Below, in pieces: positions 19,265-28,199 of a DNA stretch of 64,000 bases. The notes under the pieces are model-generated. The model was not told the DNA's origin. It searched no databases and saw only the letters and a program-made list of their open reading frames with translations. Every line of letters begins with the position of its first letter. The stretch's first letter is position 1. Source of the DNA: Leptospirales bacterium (GTDB taxonomy: Bacteria; Spirochaetota; Leptospiria; Leptospirales; Leptonemataceae). The stretch lies in NCBI GenBank assembly GCA_019694685.1, contig JAIBBM010000024.1, forward strand, positions 698-64,697, written 5' to 3'. Position numbers and translations under genes: made by a program.

Positions 19265-20170
19265 TCAGCGCAAGCCTTGATCCGCTTCGCGGGAGATTTT
19301 GCGAACCAGATCAGATGTTGCGAATCGAATTTGTCTGCCTGCAGATGCTTTCTGAATTCGAACCTTTCGCGATTCTTTCGAGACAAGAAGATCCAGATTC
19401 CGCACGCTTTCTGTCCGCTTCACGGCAGACTCATCCGAAAATCGAATGCTGCCAGAAGGTCCGCTCGCGCGCATGTTTAGAGATACAAGGACGTCCAGAT
19501 CCGTGTCTTCCCAGCCAATCCCCTCATCCCAGAAAGGAGAATTGAGCGGAACGACGAAGAGCATGCGAATCATTGCTTCCCAGATCACTGCACGCAAATT
19601 TCGATCATCAATGGCAAAGCTGGCAGCCAGTATGATCGCCCAGAGAGGAATCTTCCAAAAACTCCTGGATTGCTTGATTTCAAAATCAGTGCAATCACCG
19701 GAAATCAGAAGCTGAATGCCCATCGACTGCGCAGTCTTCAAGACGGACGTAGGATCCTTCTTTTCCGGATCAATCTTCGCACGTTCTTCTGCGAATTTGT
19801 AGTAAGGGATCACTTCGAATCTTCCAGATTGAAAGAGTTCTGTTTCCGCTATTTCACGGTAAAGATCTCCTGGGAGAATGCCCTCCGGTTCTTGGGGAGG
19901 TGCGTCCCCCAGGGTGAGCGGAACAAGCGTATCTGATGTGATTGTGTTTTGTGTGCGACGAATGACTTTCGAACTGTAGTCTCCATCCGGTATGATATCG
20001 AACTCACCCATGCGAGCTGAATTTTGAAAAGGCAAAAGAACTACTTTGATTTTCTCAAAGCCTGCCCTGGGTGCGATATAGGCAGTCCGCGATTCAAGAG
20101 ATTCTTGCTTCTGAATGATGCCTGCACAGGAAACAAACAGAAGCAGCGGCGCAATCGCCCGCATTTTCAT
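19265..20170 (-). CDS. Lipoprotein, divergent CsgG-like
   Basis: 301 aa. Lipobox LLLFVSCAG. Landmarks follow the CsgG order: IKVVLLPFQN, LFQSGRFEVI, GIQLLISGDCTDFEI, DVLVSLNMR, with extra insertions. The family call is by pattern only. Confidence 0.5.
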   Translation of the reverse strand: MKMRAIAPLLLFVSCAGIIQKQESLESRTAYIAPRAGFEKIKVVLLPFQNSARMGEFDIIPDGDYSSKVIRRTQNTITSDTLVPLTLGDAPPQEPEGILPGDLYREIAETELFQSGRFEVIPYYKFAEERAKIDPEKKDPTSVLKTAQSMGIQLLISGDCTDFEIKQSRSFWKIPLWAIILAASFAIDDRNLRAVIWEAMIRMLFVVPLNSPFWDEGIGWEDTDLDVLVSLNMRASGPSGSIRFSDESAVKRTESVRNLDLLVSKESRKVRIQKASAGRQIRFATSDLVRKISREADQGLR

Positions 20171-20171
20171 A

Positions 20172-20834
20172 CTACAACCCGCGAATGAGTTTTTCGACCA
20201 GGTCCTTCATGGCGTAACGCAACAATTTTCCACCAGAAGATTGGAGCACCTTCACATCAGACCCGCCGGTTGAAAAAAGGAAACCCGCCTGGCTGGACGT
20301 ATCCGTACGCCGATTCTCAACGGAATCTGCCTGAAGTATTTTCGCATCTGGAACAGAAACGAGCCTGTAGTCAATACCTGTTTCTACTATATATTCTTTA
20401 GTATTCTTTGACCCGAGCAAACCAAGAAACAAACAGAACCCGGCTGAAGTCTCCCGAATCTCAAAGTTGGTGAGGTTTCCAGTAAGGAAGTATTCCGCGC
20501 CGAATTTGTCTTTCAGAGTTTGCAACTTCTCCGTTGTGATCTCATCCTGCGCGCGAATCACGCTTTCTACCAGAGTGGGTTCGATGATTTCAAAGTACCC
20601 CGACTGAACCATGAGACTCGTCAGTTGTATGGTAGCAGGTTGAACCAGATAGGACTTGTCCGTCATGTTTCTAAAGTTGACCAGGGCAATCTTCTTGCGC
20701 ACAGTGCCTGCAGGAGCCCGGGTTACTTCTACTCTTTCATCCACGTTTTCGTAGCGAGTAGGCTGAGGTGTCAGGCAAGCGCCTCCGAGAAGAGAAAAGA
20801 TGGAAATTGTAAGCACCGCGCGTTTCGTTTTCAT
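20172..20834 (-). CDS. CsgG/HfaB-family lipoprotein
   Basis: Start at ATG 20834 (MKTKRAVLTISIFSLLGGAC lipobox). KKIALVNFRNMTD, LMVQSGYFEIIE, GAEYFLTGNLTNFEI and IDYRLVSVPDAKIL parallel the conserved blocks of CsgG. Confidence 0.65.
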   Translation of the reverse strand: MKTKRAVLTISIFSLLGGACLTPQPTRYENVDERVEVTRAPAGTVRKKIALVNFRNMTDKSYLVQPATIQLTSLMVQSGYFEIIEPTLVESVIRAQDEITTEKLQTLKDKFGAEYFLTGNLTNFEIRETSAGFCLFLGLLGSKNTKEYIVETGIDYRLVSVPDAKILQADSVENRRTDTSSQAGFLFSTGGSDVKVLQSSGGKLLRYAMKDLVEKLIRGL

Positions 20835-20873
20835 ACACCCTCTTAATATTAGACGAGAAAATGAGAGCAAAGT

Positions 20874-21656
20874 TCACCGATAGAATACTGCGGTGATGAA
20901 ATAGCCCAGAATAATCACAAAAAGGAAGGAAATCACAACAGCCTGGCGCACTGCGATGCCCACCCCAATGGCCCCACCGCTGGCGGCCAGACCCTGTCTG
21001 CATGATATGGTAGAGATCGTAATCCCAAACACGATTGCCTTGAGCTGACCCACCCAGACATCTTTGAGACCCGTTTTTGTTAAAAGAGAATCATACACAG
21101 TCTGAAAGTACACAGAAAAATCTACGCCCAGCTGAGTCTGAGCCACCAGGCCTCCGCCTAGAATTCCAAGTAACGTTGCATAAATAGAAAGGACAGGAAC
21201 CATCAGGCTGAACCCGACGATACGCGGCATCACGAGATAGCGGACAGGATCGATCGACATCACTTCGAGCGCGTCAATTTCTTCAGATACAGTCATGGTT
21301 CCAATTTCAGCTGCAATGGCAGACCCGACAGAAGCAGCGAGAATCAGAGCAGTCATGAACGGAGACATTTCCCTGGTCAGAGTAACCACAATGACCTGTC
21401 CGATTAAATCCTGCTGACCAAAATCTTTTAAAGCAAGCCCAGTCTGCAAACTGAAGATCATCCCGGTAAACGTGGCCACTACACTGACCACCGAAAGACT
21501 CTTGAACCCGGAAACGTACATCTGGCGAATGATGTCGTTGCGCTTGAACCACAGGAAGGGCAGCTGCAACACGGAGCGAAACAGAAGTAGAAGTGTTTCC
21601 CCGGCTCCAAGGATCGGGCGCAGAATTCGTTCGACCAAACCTTTGATCTGTTTCAT
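20874..21656 (-). CDS. mlaE: MlaE-family ABC transporter permease
   Basis: 260 aa polytopic. [52 protein letters not shown] is the hallmark MlaE/Ttg2B core. Confidence 0.85.
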   Translation of the reverse strand: MKQIKGLVERILRPILGAGETLLLLFRSVLQLPFLWFKRNDIIRQMYVSGFKSLSVVSVVATFTGMIFSLQTGLALKDFGQQDLIGQVIVVTLTREMSPFMTALILAASVGSAIAAEIGTMTVSEEIDALEVMSIDPVRYLVMPRIVGFSLMVPVLSIYATLLGILGGGLVAQTQLGVDFSVYFQTVYDSLLTKTGLKDVWVGQLKAIVFGITISTISCRQGLAASGGAIGVGIAVRQAVVISFLFVIILGYFITAVFYR

Positions 21657-21710
21657 TTGCCCGTGCTCGCCGGAAGAGTTGCTATTCGTAAGGTCATGTC
21701 AAGTCCGAAT

Positions 21711-23165
21711 TCAAATCGAGAACCACAGGAGGCGCACTCGATTCTTTGTTTCTCTGTCCTCACGGTTGTACTCACGCCTGAAGCCCAGGAAGCCACCCAG
21801 AAACTCTACGCCCGTCACGTCCGGTGTGTTGTCGTAGTTGAACCCAACAAAGAAATGATGCTCCTCATCTGAGCTCCACTTTCTGGAATACAGGCGAAAC
21901 AGAACGGAAAAATACTTTTCCTCATTCTCATCACGACGATATGTCACGACTGAATACAGCGGTCCCCAGATTCTTTCAAACTCGTCCGATCTAAAGGGCC
22001 ACAGACTCAGTGAACGGAACTCAAATCGCCCGTTCGAATCGCTCGACGTGGAGACGAGAGGCCAGATCTTCCAATAGGTTTCCGTTTCGCGTTCTTTCCT
22101 GTAGTATGTTTGATCGTACATAAATACGGGCACCACATACTTCGAATTGGATTCCAGGAGAGCAGAGCTCGTGCGCATGGTGGCGTAAAATGGCGTCACA
22201 AAACTGTATTCTTGAGAGTAGATTCCACTTTGGTCCGTGAGAGATCCTTTCGAACCAAACACATAACGACCGTAAAACGGAAAAATGATAAGCTTGCGAA
22301 TCAGCGGAGAATCATTCACCTGATACTGAAACAGAAACCAGAATAAATTCAGGTCAAAGCCATTCGTCGCATCGTCATGTCCCCATGAAAACAAGGGCCA
22401 GAGAACAGTATGCGCCGTCATTTGACCGCTCTCGGACCATTTGCGACCGTAAAACGGGAATACCATGAACATATGTCGTGGGTCTTTCTGATCTAGCCCC
22501 TCAACACCCCATTGAAAAATAGGCCACAATGCCGAATAACGTTCATATTTTCCGGTATGGATCTTTCGAGAAAAGAAAGGGAAAATTCTAAAATCGCTCC
22601 GGGTGGGACTGCCTCCCCACATGACGATGGGCCAGAGGATTCCGTGCGCACTGTAATCCTTATGCGACCAGCCGGAGTACAGAGGGAACATGACGTAATT
22701 GATTTCAGAATAGCTCAGCTTGTTCTTGATGCGACCATAAAATGGAAATACACTGAAATACCTTTCTCTTTCTGTCTCACCCGTGCCCCAGTAAAGAATC
22801 GGCGTGATAAAGTTATCCTCTTCCAGTCCGCTGTCATCGTGGTAGATATCATCTCCGGTGAACAAATACAGAAATGTCCAGCGATTCCATCTGTACGTTC
22901 CGTGCGAATAGAAGATTGGATACAGAATGGTTGTAAAAGTGTAGGATCTCTCCATGTTGGAGTATCTGCTTGCAAACGGATGCAAAATCCACTCAGACTG
23001 ACCGGGTGCGGATGTCTTATCGAAGAGAAACAGGAATTCGTAGTAGTCTCTCTTTGTTTCTCCGGTCACGGTGGTAGATGGGCGCGCATAAAGAGCACCT
23101 CCTGACAAAACCAGAAGAAACGTGGCCTGAAAGAATCTCTTCATTGAATTGGATCTGCGAGTCAT
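21711..23165 (-). CDS. Exported aromatic-repeat protein (FPFYGR / WP.F.WG repeats), unknown function
   Basis: 484 aa. Signal peptide MKRFFQATFLLVLSGGALYA. Alternating motifs: FPFYGRIKNK, WPIVMWGG, FPFFSRK, WPIFQWG, FPFYGRKW, WPLFSWG, FPFYGRYV. The start forms an ATGA overlap with the upstream gene stop. Confidence 0.6.
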   Translation of the reverse strand: MTRRSNSMKRFFQATFLLVLSGGALYARPSTTVTGETKRDYYEFLFLFDKTSAPGQSEWILHPFASRYSNMERSYTFTTILYPIFYSHGTYRWNRWTFLYLFTGDDIYHDDSGLEEDNFITPILYWGTGETERERYFSVFPFYGRIKNKLSYSEINYVMFPLYSGWSHKDYSAHGILWPIVMWGGSPTRSDFRIFPFFSRKIHTGKYERYSALWPIFQWGVEGLDQKDPRHMFMVFPFYGRKWSESGQMTAHTVLWPLFSWGHDDATNGFDLNLFWFLFQYQVNDSPLIRKLIIFPFYGRYVFGSKGSLTDQSGIYSQEYSFVTPFYATMRTSSALLESNSKYVVPVFMYDQTYYRKERETETYWKIWPLVSTSSDSNGRFEFRSLSLWPFRSDEFERIWGPLYSVVTYRRDENEEKYFSVLFRLYSRKWSSDEEHHFFVGFNYDNTPDVTGVEFLGGFLGFRREYNREDRETKNRVRLLWFSI

Positions 23166-24697
23166 GGAATCTCAAAGATAGTTGCGAGTGTAAAGCGACC
23201 TTTCACTTCACCCGTTGCGCGCAGATCCTTTTTCAGTTCAGCTCCCACTTCCGGGCGATCGACCAGGTTCTGCTCTGCCAGTGCCTTCTTCCATTCTTCC
23301 GGCACGACCGATTCAAAATACGCAACTCGAAGGGGCTTCTTTGAAGAAGACCTGAGCTTTTTTGCGAGCTCGCGAGCTGATTCAGCATCCTGTGCCAGAT
23401 AGGTTTCGCGAGCGAAAAACTCCGGCCCCATGTAATTTGAAAGAAGCTGGCTTGAAAAAATCCAGATGTCCGCCTGCGCATTTACAAAATCGTTTTGATA
23501 CTGCGAAAGCTGTCTGCATGCATTCTTCTGGAGGCGCATTCCCATGAAAGTAAACGCGATGGATACCACGCACAGAAGCACCGCGCCCGCGCGAACGATC
23601 GCAGGCCACGTAAACCTGGACAGAGACACTAGCAAGAGAGCGCACGGAAGAATGGCCAGAAGTAAAAAGCGAGGGCCCCAGTTCACCACTCCATCCCCCG
23701 GGGATGCCACTGCCACCACAGGAAGATAAAAGATCATGGCCAGGGCCATGGAGCGATTCGCAAAATCAAGACGAGACCTGAATGCGGGAAGAAGAGTGGC
23801 ACCCAGCACAAAGAGAAAGATGGGCATATAGCCAAAAAACCCGAGCTGAAAGCCGCGCGCGAAAAGCAGGGTGATGATTTGACCCAACCTGGATGCAAGA
23901 GGAATCGCGAATGCTTCCTCGTTTGCCATGAATCTGGGTCCTAACGGATGACCGTAGTGAAGCGCATTGAACAGAAAGAAAGATCCGGCAGCCACCAGAA
24001 AACCTCCGGCAAAAAGACCCGGAGGCTGGAGCGATTTGAACGTTAGGCGACGACTCAGAATGAGCTCAAGACACACTCCACCGAACAAAGCGGAGAAGAA
24101 AATCAACGATTCCAGGCGAAGATACAATCCAAAGCCGATCAGCATTCCGCCCAGAAACAATCGACGCGAGTTTTCAAGTCTTAGTCCGCTCAGAAAGAGA
24201 ATCAGTCCGCCAAAATTGATGAGGGCAAAGTAAATATGTTCCGAGTAATCCACGCTGAAAGTGAGAATCGGAGTGCCCGCAGCTACAAACAGTAGAAGCA
24301 GAGGAGACGGTTGCGCAAAGCGATCAAACAAATACATCAAAAGCAGATAGAGCGCCGCCCCGAGAATAAAGAGGCCGCCCGGAGAAATCGCTTTGAGGAG
24401 AAGACCGGTGGCGGCCGCAAACGCAATTGGATACTGGCCCAGGTGCCTGCCATGAATGATTAGATGATACACACCGGGGAAAGGATAAAAGCGATACTCC
24501 GAGTCTATGGCACGCCCGGGATAAAAGAGCTCTTCTGAGGAAAACCCGCTCTTGCGAAGAGACTCTGCCTGAACAAGCTTGCTCAGACTGTCGCCTGAAA
24601 AGCAAACAGCTCGATCCAGCCTCGAAACTCCGAAGATGCAAAGGCCTGCGATCGCAAGCCATACCAGTGCCTTCAGCTTCCCTCTTTGCCCTTCCAC
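23162..24697 (-). CDS. Polytopic membrane protein, GT-C/ArnT-PMT-like putative glycosyltransferase
   Basis: 511 aa with about 11-12 hydrophobic helices, followed by a roughly 110-aa soluble C-terminal domain. The overall layout resembles GT-C glycosyltransferases. No catalytic motif was verified. Confidence 0.45.
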   Translation of the reverse strand: MEGQRGKLKALVWLAIAGLCIFGVSRLDRAVCFSGDSLSKLVQAESLRKSGFSSEELFYPGRAIDSEYRFYPFPGVYHLIIHGRHLGQYPIAFAAATGLLLKAISPGGLFILGAALYLLLMYLFDRFAQPSPLLLLFVAAGTPILTFSVDYSEHIYFALINFGGLILFLSGLRLENSRRLFLGGMLIGFGLYLRLESLIFFSALFGGVCLELILSRRLTFKSLQPPGLFAGGFLVAAGSFFLFNALHYGHPLGPRFMANEEAFAIPLASRLGQIITLLFARGFQLGFFGYMPIFLFVLGATLLPAFRSRLDFANRSMALAMIFYLPVVAVASPGDGVVNWGPRFLLLAILPCALLLVSLSRFTWPAIVRAGAVLLCVVSIAFTFMGMRLQKNACRQLSQYQNDFVNAQADIWIFSSQLLSNYMGPEFFARETYLAQDAESARELAKKLRSSSKKPLRVAYFESVVPEEWKKALAEQNLVDRPEVGAELKKDLRATGEVKGRFTLATIFEIP

Positions 24698-24751
24698 GAT
24701 AATAGACCATTTTTACTCGACACCCGCGGAGAAAGTAAAAATTCAATCGAG

Positions 24752-26422
24752 ATGGCATCCGACAGCAAAATCATTCCAACTCTGGACAATCCCTTTGAAG
24801 AGGCCCCGGCCCAGGCCGCAGAACCATCTTCCAACCTGAATCTACTGGCATACGAAAAGACCCTGGAAATGGGCAAAGACCTTCTGGCAAAGCCACTGAA
24901 GGGCGGCGGCGTTTCGCGCATCATGGTGCAGCATTCCAAGCATCGGATGACCGTCTTCGAGCGCATCAAAGTACTCACTGAGTCAGAACCAAACATCCTC
25001 TTTCAAAACTGGGGCCGCGAGCTGGACGGCGCAGGACTCGTCACAGGCATCCTTCGAGTGGGGAACCGCGACGTGGCCATCTACGGACACGACTTCACCA
25101 ATCGCGCGGGCTCCATGGATGCTACAAACGGAGCAAAGCTCGCTCGACTTATCTACCTGGCAGGCGAACAGGGAATTCCACTCATCGGCCTCAACGATTC
25201 TGCGGGCGCCTATGTTCCTGCAGGTGTGGGAGGTCTGGACGGATACTCGGAAGCGTTCTGCGCTCTTCGCAAGATTTCTGGAGTGGTCCCGAGCATCATG
25301 GTGATGTTTGGATTCAACGCTGGCGGTGGATCGTATCTACCACGGCAGGGATCGTTCATGATCCAGCCGCACGATACTTTCTTTGGTCTGACCGGGCCAA
25401 ACGTTGTCAAAGACGTGCTGGGAGAAGAAGTCACTCCGGATCAACTGGGTGGTCCTTCTGTTCACGGCCAGAGCGGTGTAGTGGATCTGGTGGCTCAGGA
25501 TGAACTGGGAGCGCTCAGAAAAGCTCTCCGTCTTCTGGCATATCTTCCGGACAACAATCACAGCTTCGCGCCATTCCACGACACAGGAGATCCAATCGAC
25601 CGCGAAACCATAGAAGAAGACATCCTTCTCAGACGTACCTTCGCCTCCCCGTCTGGATTCAACACTCCTTTTGACATCACTCTCTTGATTCAACAGATCG
25701 TGGACCACGGAGAGTATTTCGAACTGCAACCTCAGCGCGCTGGAAACCTGGTCACCTGCTTTGGTAGAGTGGGCGGACATGTGGTTGGCTTTCTTGCAAA
25801 CAACTCTGCAGTATCGAGCGGTCAGATTGACATCAATGCAGCCTACAAGGGAGCACGCTTCATTCGATTCTGCAATCTCTACAACATTCCAGTGATCTTC
25901 CTGGAAGATACAACTGGATTCTTGCCAGGTCGCGAACAGGAAGCTGGCGGTATTGTCCTGGCCGGACGTGCCCTGCTCGATTCGATCATTGACCTTCGTG
26001 TTCCAAGACTTCTATTCATTGTGCGAAATGCATTTGGTGGAGCGTATGCGTCGTGGAATTCATACCACACAGGCGCAGACATGGTTTTCGCTTTCCCTGG
26101 AGCGCGCGTGGCTGTAATGGGGCCCGCTGGACGAGAGTACATTTACAAAGATGAGCTGGTCAAAGCCCGTGCGAAATTGCAGGAAGCGATCAAAGCAGGC
26201 AGAGAAGAAGAAGGCAAAGCAGAATTCAATCGAGTGATCGCAGAGATGAATGCCAGGTATGAAAATGAGCTGATGAATCCGAAAGAAGCTCTAGCACTCG
26301 GATCTATTTCGCGCATTGTAATGCCCGGTGATTCTCGCAGAGTACTTGGACAGGCGCTCAACTTCTATATGAGACGCTACAAGCCAGGTCCACTTTCAGA
26401 ACCACAGCGCGAGTTTCACTGA
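24752..26422 (+). CDS. Acyl-CoA carboxylase carboxyltransferase (beta) subunit (propionyl-/methylmalonyl-CoA type)
   Basis: Two carboxyltransferase halves: [43 protein letters not shown] and [23 protein letters not shown] prefer the ATG at 24752 over the 24686 alternative start. Confidence 0.85.
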   Translation: MASDSKIIPTLDNPFEEAPAQAAEPSSNLNLLAYEKTLEMGKDLLAKPLKGGGVSRIMVQHSKHRMTVFERIKVLTESEPNILFQNWGRELDGAGLVTGILRVGNRDVAIYGHDFTNRAGSMDATNGAKLARLIYLAGEQGIPLIGLNDSAGAYVPAGVGGLDGYSEAFCALRKISGVVPSIMVMFGFNAGGGSYLPRQGSFMIQPHDTFFGLTGPNVVKDVLGEEVTPDQLGGPSVHGQSGVVDLVAQDELGALRKALRLLAYLPDNNHSFAPFHDTGDPIDRETIEEDILLRRTFASPSGFNTPFDITLLIQQIVDHGEYFELQPQRAGNLVTCFGRVGGHVVGFLANNSAVSSGQIDINAAYKGARFIRFCNLYNIPVIFLEDTTGFLPGREQEAGGIVLAGRALLDSIIDLRVPRLLFIVRNAFGGAYASWNSYHTGADMVFAFPGARVAVMGPAGREYIYKDELVKARAKLQEAIKAGREEEGKAEFNRVIAEMNARYENELMNPKEALALGSISRIVMPGDSRRVLGQALNFYMRRYKPGPLSEPQREFH

Positions 26423-26530
26423 GAGTCGGGGCGGAATCTTCCGGTTGGAGGGCAAGAGCGCCGAATCCAACCTCGCGATTTTGCGAGAGCTGGCATTTGC
26501 CGCCGTCGAACCAGACCTGCCCATTTTAAA

Positions 26531-26549
26531 GGCACTGTGCGCCTTTTTT
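26531..26549 (+). terminator. Weak candidate intrinsic terminator in the carboxyltransferase 3' UTR
   Basis: GGCAC-TGT-GCGCC imperfect hairpin (one mismatch) followed directly by TTTTTT (26544..26549), about 110 nt after the stop codon. Confidence 0.35.
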
Positions 26550-26726
26550 GTACGCAAATCGTCGTAAACGTGTACAGCAATCTCCCACTCCGCGCTGCCC
26601 GGCACGCCGATCCAAAATCGCGCAAACAGGCTTCTGCCAGAAAACGTGTGCTTTCTGTGCATTTCGCGCATGCCCGGCGCGATTATTGCGTAGGCATTTG
26701 TATTCTACCCATAAGAGAGAAATCCG

Positions 26727-28148
26727 ATGCCCAAAACATCAAAAGACGTGATCGAATTCGCGAAGAAGAATAACATCCTCTTCTACGACTTTCGTTTCAC
26801 AGATATCAAAGGAATCTGGCACCATGTGTCCTATCACGTGGATTCGGTAAGCGAAGACATTCTGAAAGGAGTCCCGTTTGACGGCAGCTCCATTGCCGCC
26901 TGGCAACCAATCAACCAGTCGGACATGCTTCTGATCCCGGACCTGGATTCCCTGTTCATCGATCCGTTCACAGCCGATCCAACGCTCGTCGTTTTCTGCG
27001 ACGTTTATGACATCTACAAGAAGCAGCCTTACGAAAAAGATCCTCGCAGCATCGCGAAGAAAGCTCTGAAGTACCTCGCAGAATCGGGAATCGGCGATGC
27101 AGCGTATTTTGGACCGGAGAACGAATTCTTCATCTTTGATGATCTCAAAATCAAAGACGAGATCAACGCTCAATCCTACGAGATTGATAGTACGGAAGGT
27201 GTCTGGAGATCCAACTCCGACAGCGAAGGAAGCATCAACACAGGTCACCGTCCCTACACGAAAGGTGGATATTTTCCTGTGGCCCCTGTGGACTCACAGG
27301 TGGACATCCGGGCCGAAATCGTAAAGACCCTGCACAAGATCGGAATGGAAACGTTTGTAGTTCACCACGAAGTTGCGCAAGGACAGGGAGAGATCGGTGT
27401 AAAATTCGGAACCCTGATTGAAGCTGCAGACAATGTTCAGAAGCTGAAATACGTAGTGAAGATGGTTGCGCACAGACATGGCAAGACCGCTACATTTATG
27501 CCCAAGCCTCTGTATGGTGACAATGGAAACGGCATGCACACTCACCAGTCAGTCTGGAAAGACGGCAAGCCTCTCTTCGCAGGCAGCGGATACCAGAACC
27601 TGAGCGATGTGGCCATGAACTACATCGGCGGCGTGTTGAAGAATGGCAAGAGCATCGCTGCTTTCACCAACGCATCCACAAACTCTTACAAGAGATTGAT
27701 GCCAGGTTTCGAAGCGCCTTCCATCCTTGCCTACTCTGCGCAGAACCGCAGCGCAAGTGCAAGAATCCCATTCGTGAATAGCGACAAGGCTCGCCGCGTT
27801 GAGTTCCGTTTCCCGGATTCTTCTGCAAACCCGTATCTGGCTTTCGCATCGATGCTGATGGCTGGAATTGACGGCATCAAAAAGAAGATTGATCCAGGTC
27901 CACCTCACGAAGAAGACCTCTTTGAACTTTCCACAGACGAGATCAAAGCAAAAGGGATCAATCTGATGCCTTACACACTGCGCGATGCTCTCACAAGCCT
28001 GGAAGGATCTTCGGATTTCCTGAGAGCTGGAGACGTTTTTACGGATCACTTCCTAAAGACGTACATTCAATACAAATACGACACGGAAGTAACACCCTAT
28101 GAGGGCAGACCACATCCGATCGAATTCGTAAACACTTACTCCTGCTAA
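26727..28148 (+). CDS. glnA: Glutamine synthetase type I
   Basis: 473 aa. Contains [64 protein letters not shown] and [16 protein letters not shown]. Confidence 0.95.
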   Translation: MPKTSKDVIEFAKKNNILFYDFRFTDIKGIWHHVSYHVDSVSEDILKGVPFDGSSIAAWQPINQSDMLLIPDLDSLFIDPFTADPTLVVFCDVYDIYKKQPYEKDPRSIAKKALKYLAESGIGDAAYFGPENEFFIFDDLKIKDEINAQSYEIDSTEGVWRSNSDSEGSINTGHRPYTKGGYFPVAPVDSQVDIRAEIVKTLHKIGMETFVVHHEVAQGQGEIGVKFGTLIEAADNVQKLKYVVKMVAHRHGKTATFMPKPLYGDNGNGMHTHQSVWKDGKPLFAGSGYQNLSDVAMNYIGGVLKNGKSIAAFTNASTNSYKRLMPGFEAPSILAYSAQNRSASARIPFVNSDKARRVEFRFPDSSANPYLAFASMLMAGIDGIKKKIDPGPPHEEDLFELSTDEIKAKGINLMPYTLRDALTSLEGSSDFLRAGDVFTDHFLKTYIQYKYDTEVTPYEGRPHPIEFVNTYSC

Positions 28149-28155
28149 CACTTGA

Positions 28156-28180
28156 GCCGGCGGGGACTTCTCCCGCCGGC
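28156..28180 (+). terminator. Rho-independent-type terminator hairpin after glnA (between convergent genes)
   Basis: GCCGGCGGG (28156..28164), a 7-nt loop, then CCCGCCGGC (28172..28180). This is a perfect 9-bp GC stem 8 nt after the glnA stop, followed by the T-rich tract ccttcatttctttcttc. Confidence 0.7.
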
Positions 28181-28199
28181 ACCTTCATTTCTTTCTTCA

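Noticed and set aside
19240-19386. TTG-initiated 49-aa extension of the SDR gene
   Set aside because: It would overlap the upstream lipoprotein gene by about 120 nt. The Rossmann motif TGGASGIG follows immediately after the ATG at 19239, as in normal SDRs.
20874-21656. Complete Mla phospholipid transport system
   Set aside because: Only the permease is present; no MlaF-like ATPase, MCE (MlaD) or STAS (MlaB) gene is adjacent. It is reported instead as an orphan permease.
26423-26726. Glutamine riboswitch or sigma-54 (TGGCAC-N5-TTGC) promoter upstream of glnA
   Set aside because: I scanned by eye and found no GG/GC pair with correct -24/-12 spacing. TGGCATTTGCCGC at about 26491 has the wrong spacing and a poor -12 element. 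Nothing resembled the compact glnA RNA motif, though I cannot exclude one without a covariance search.
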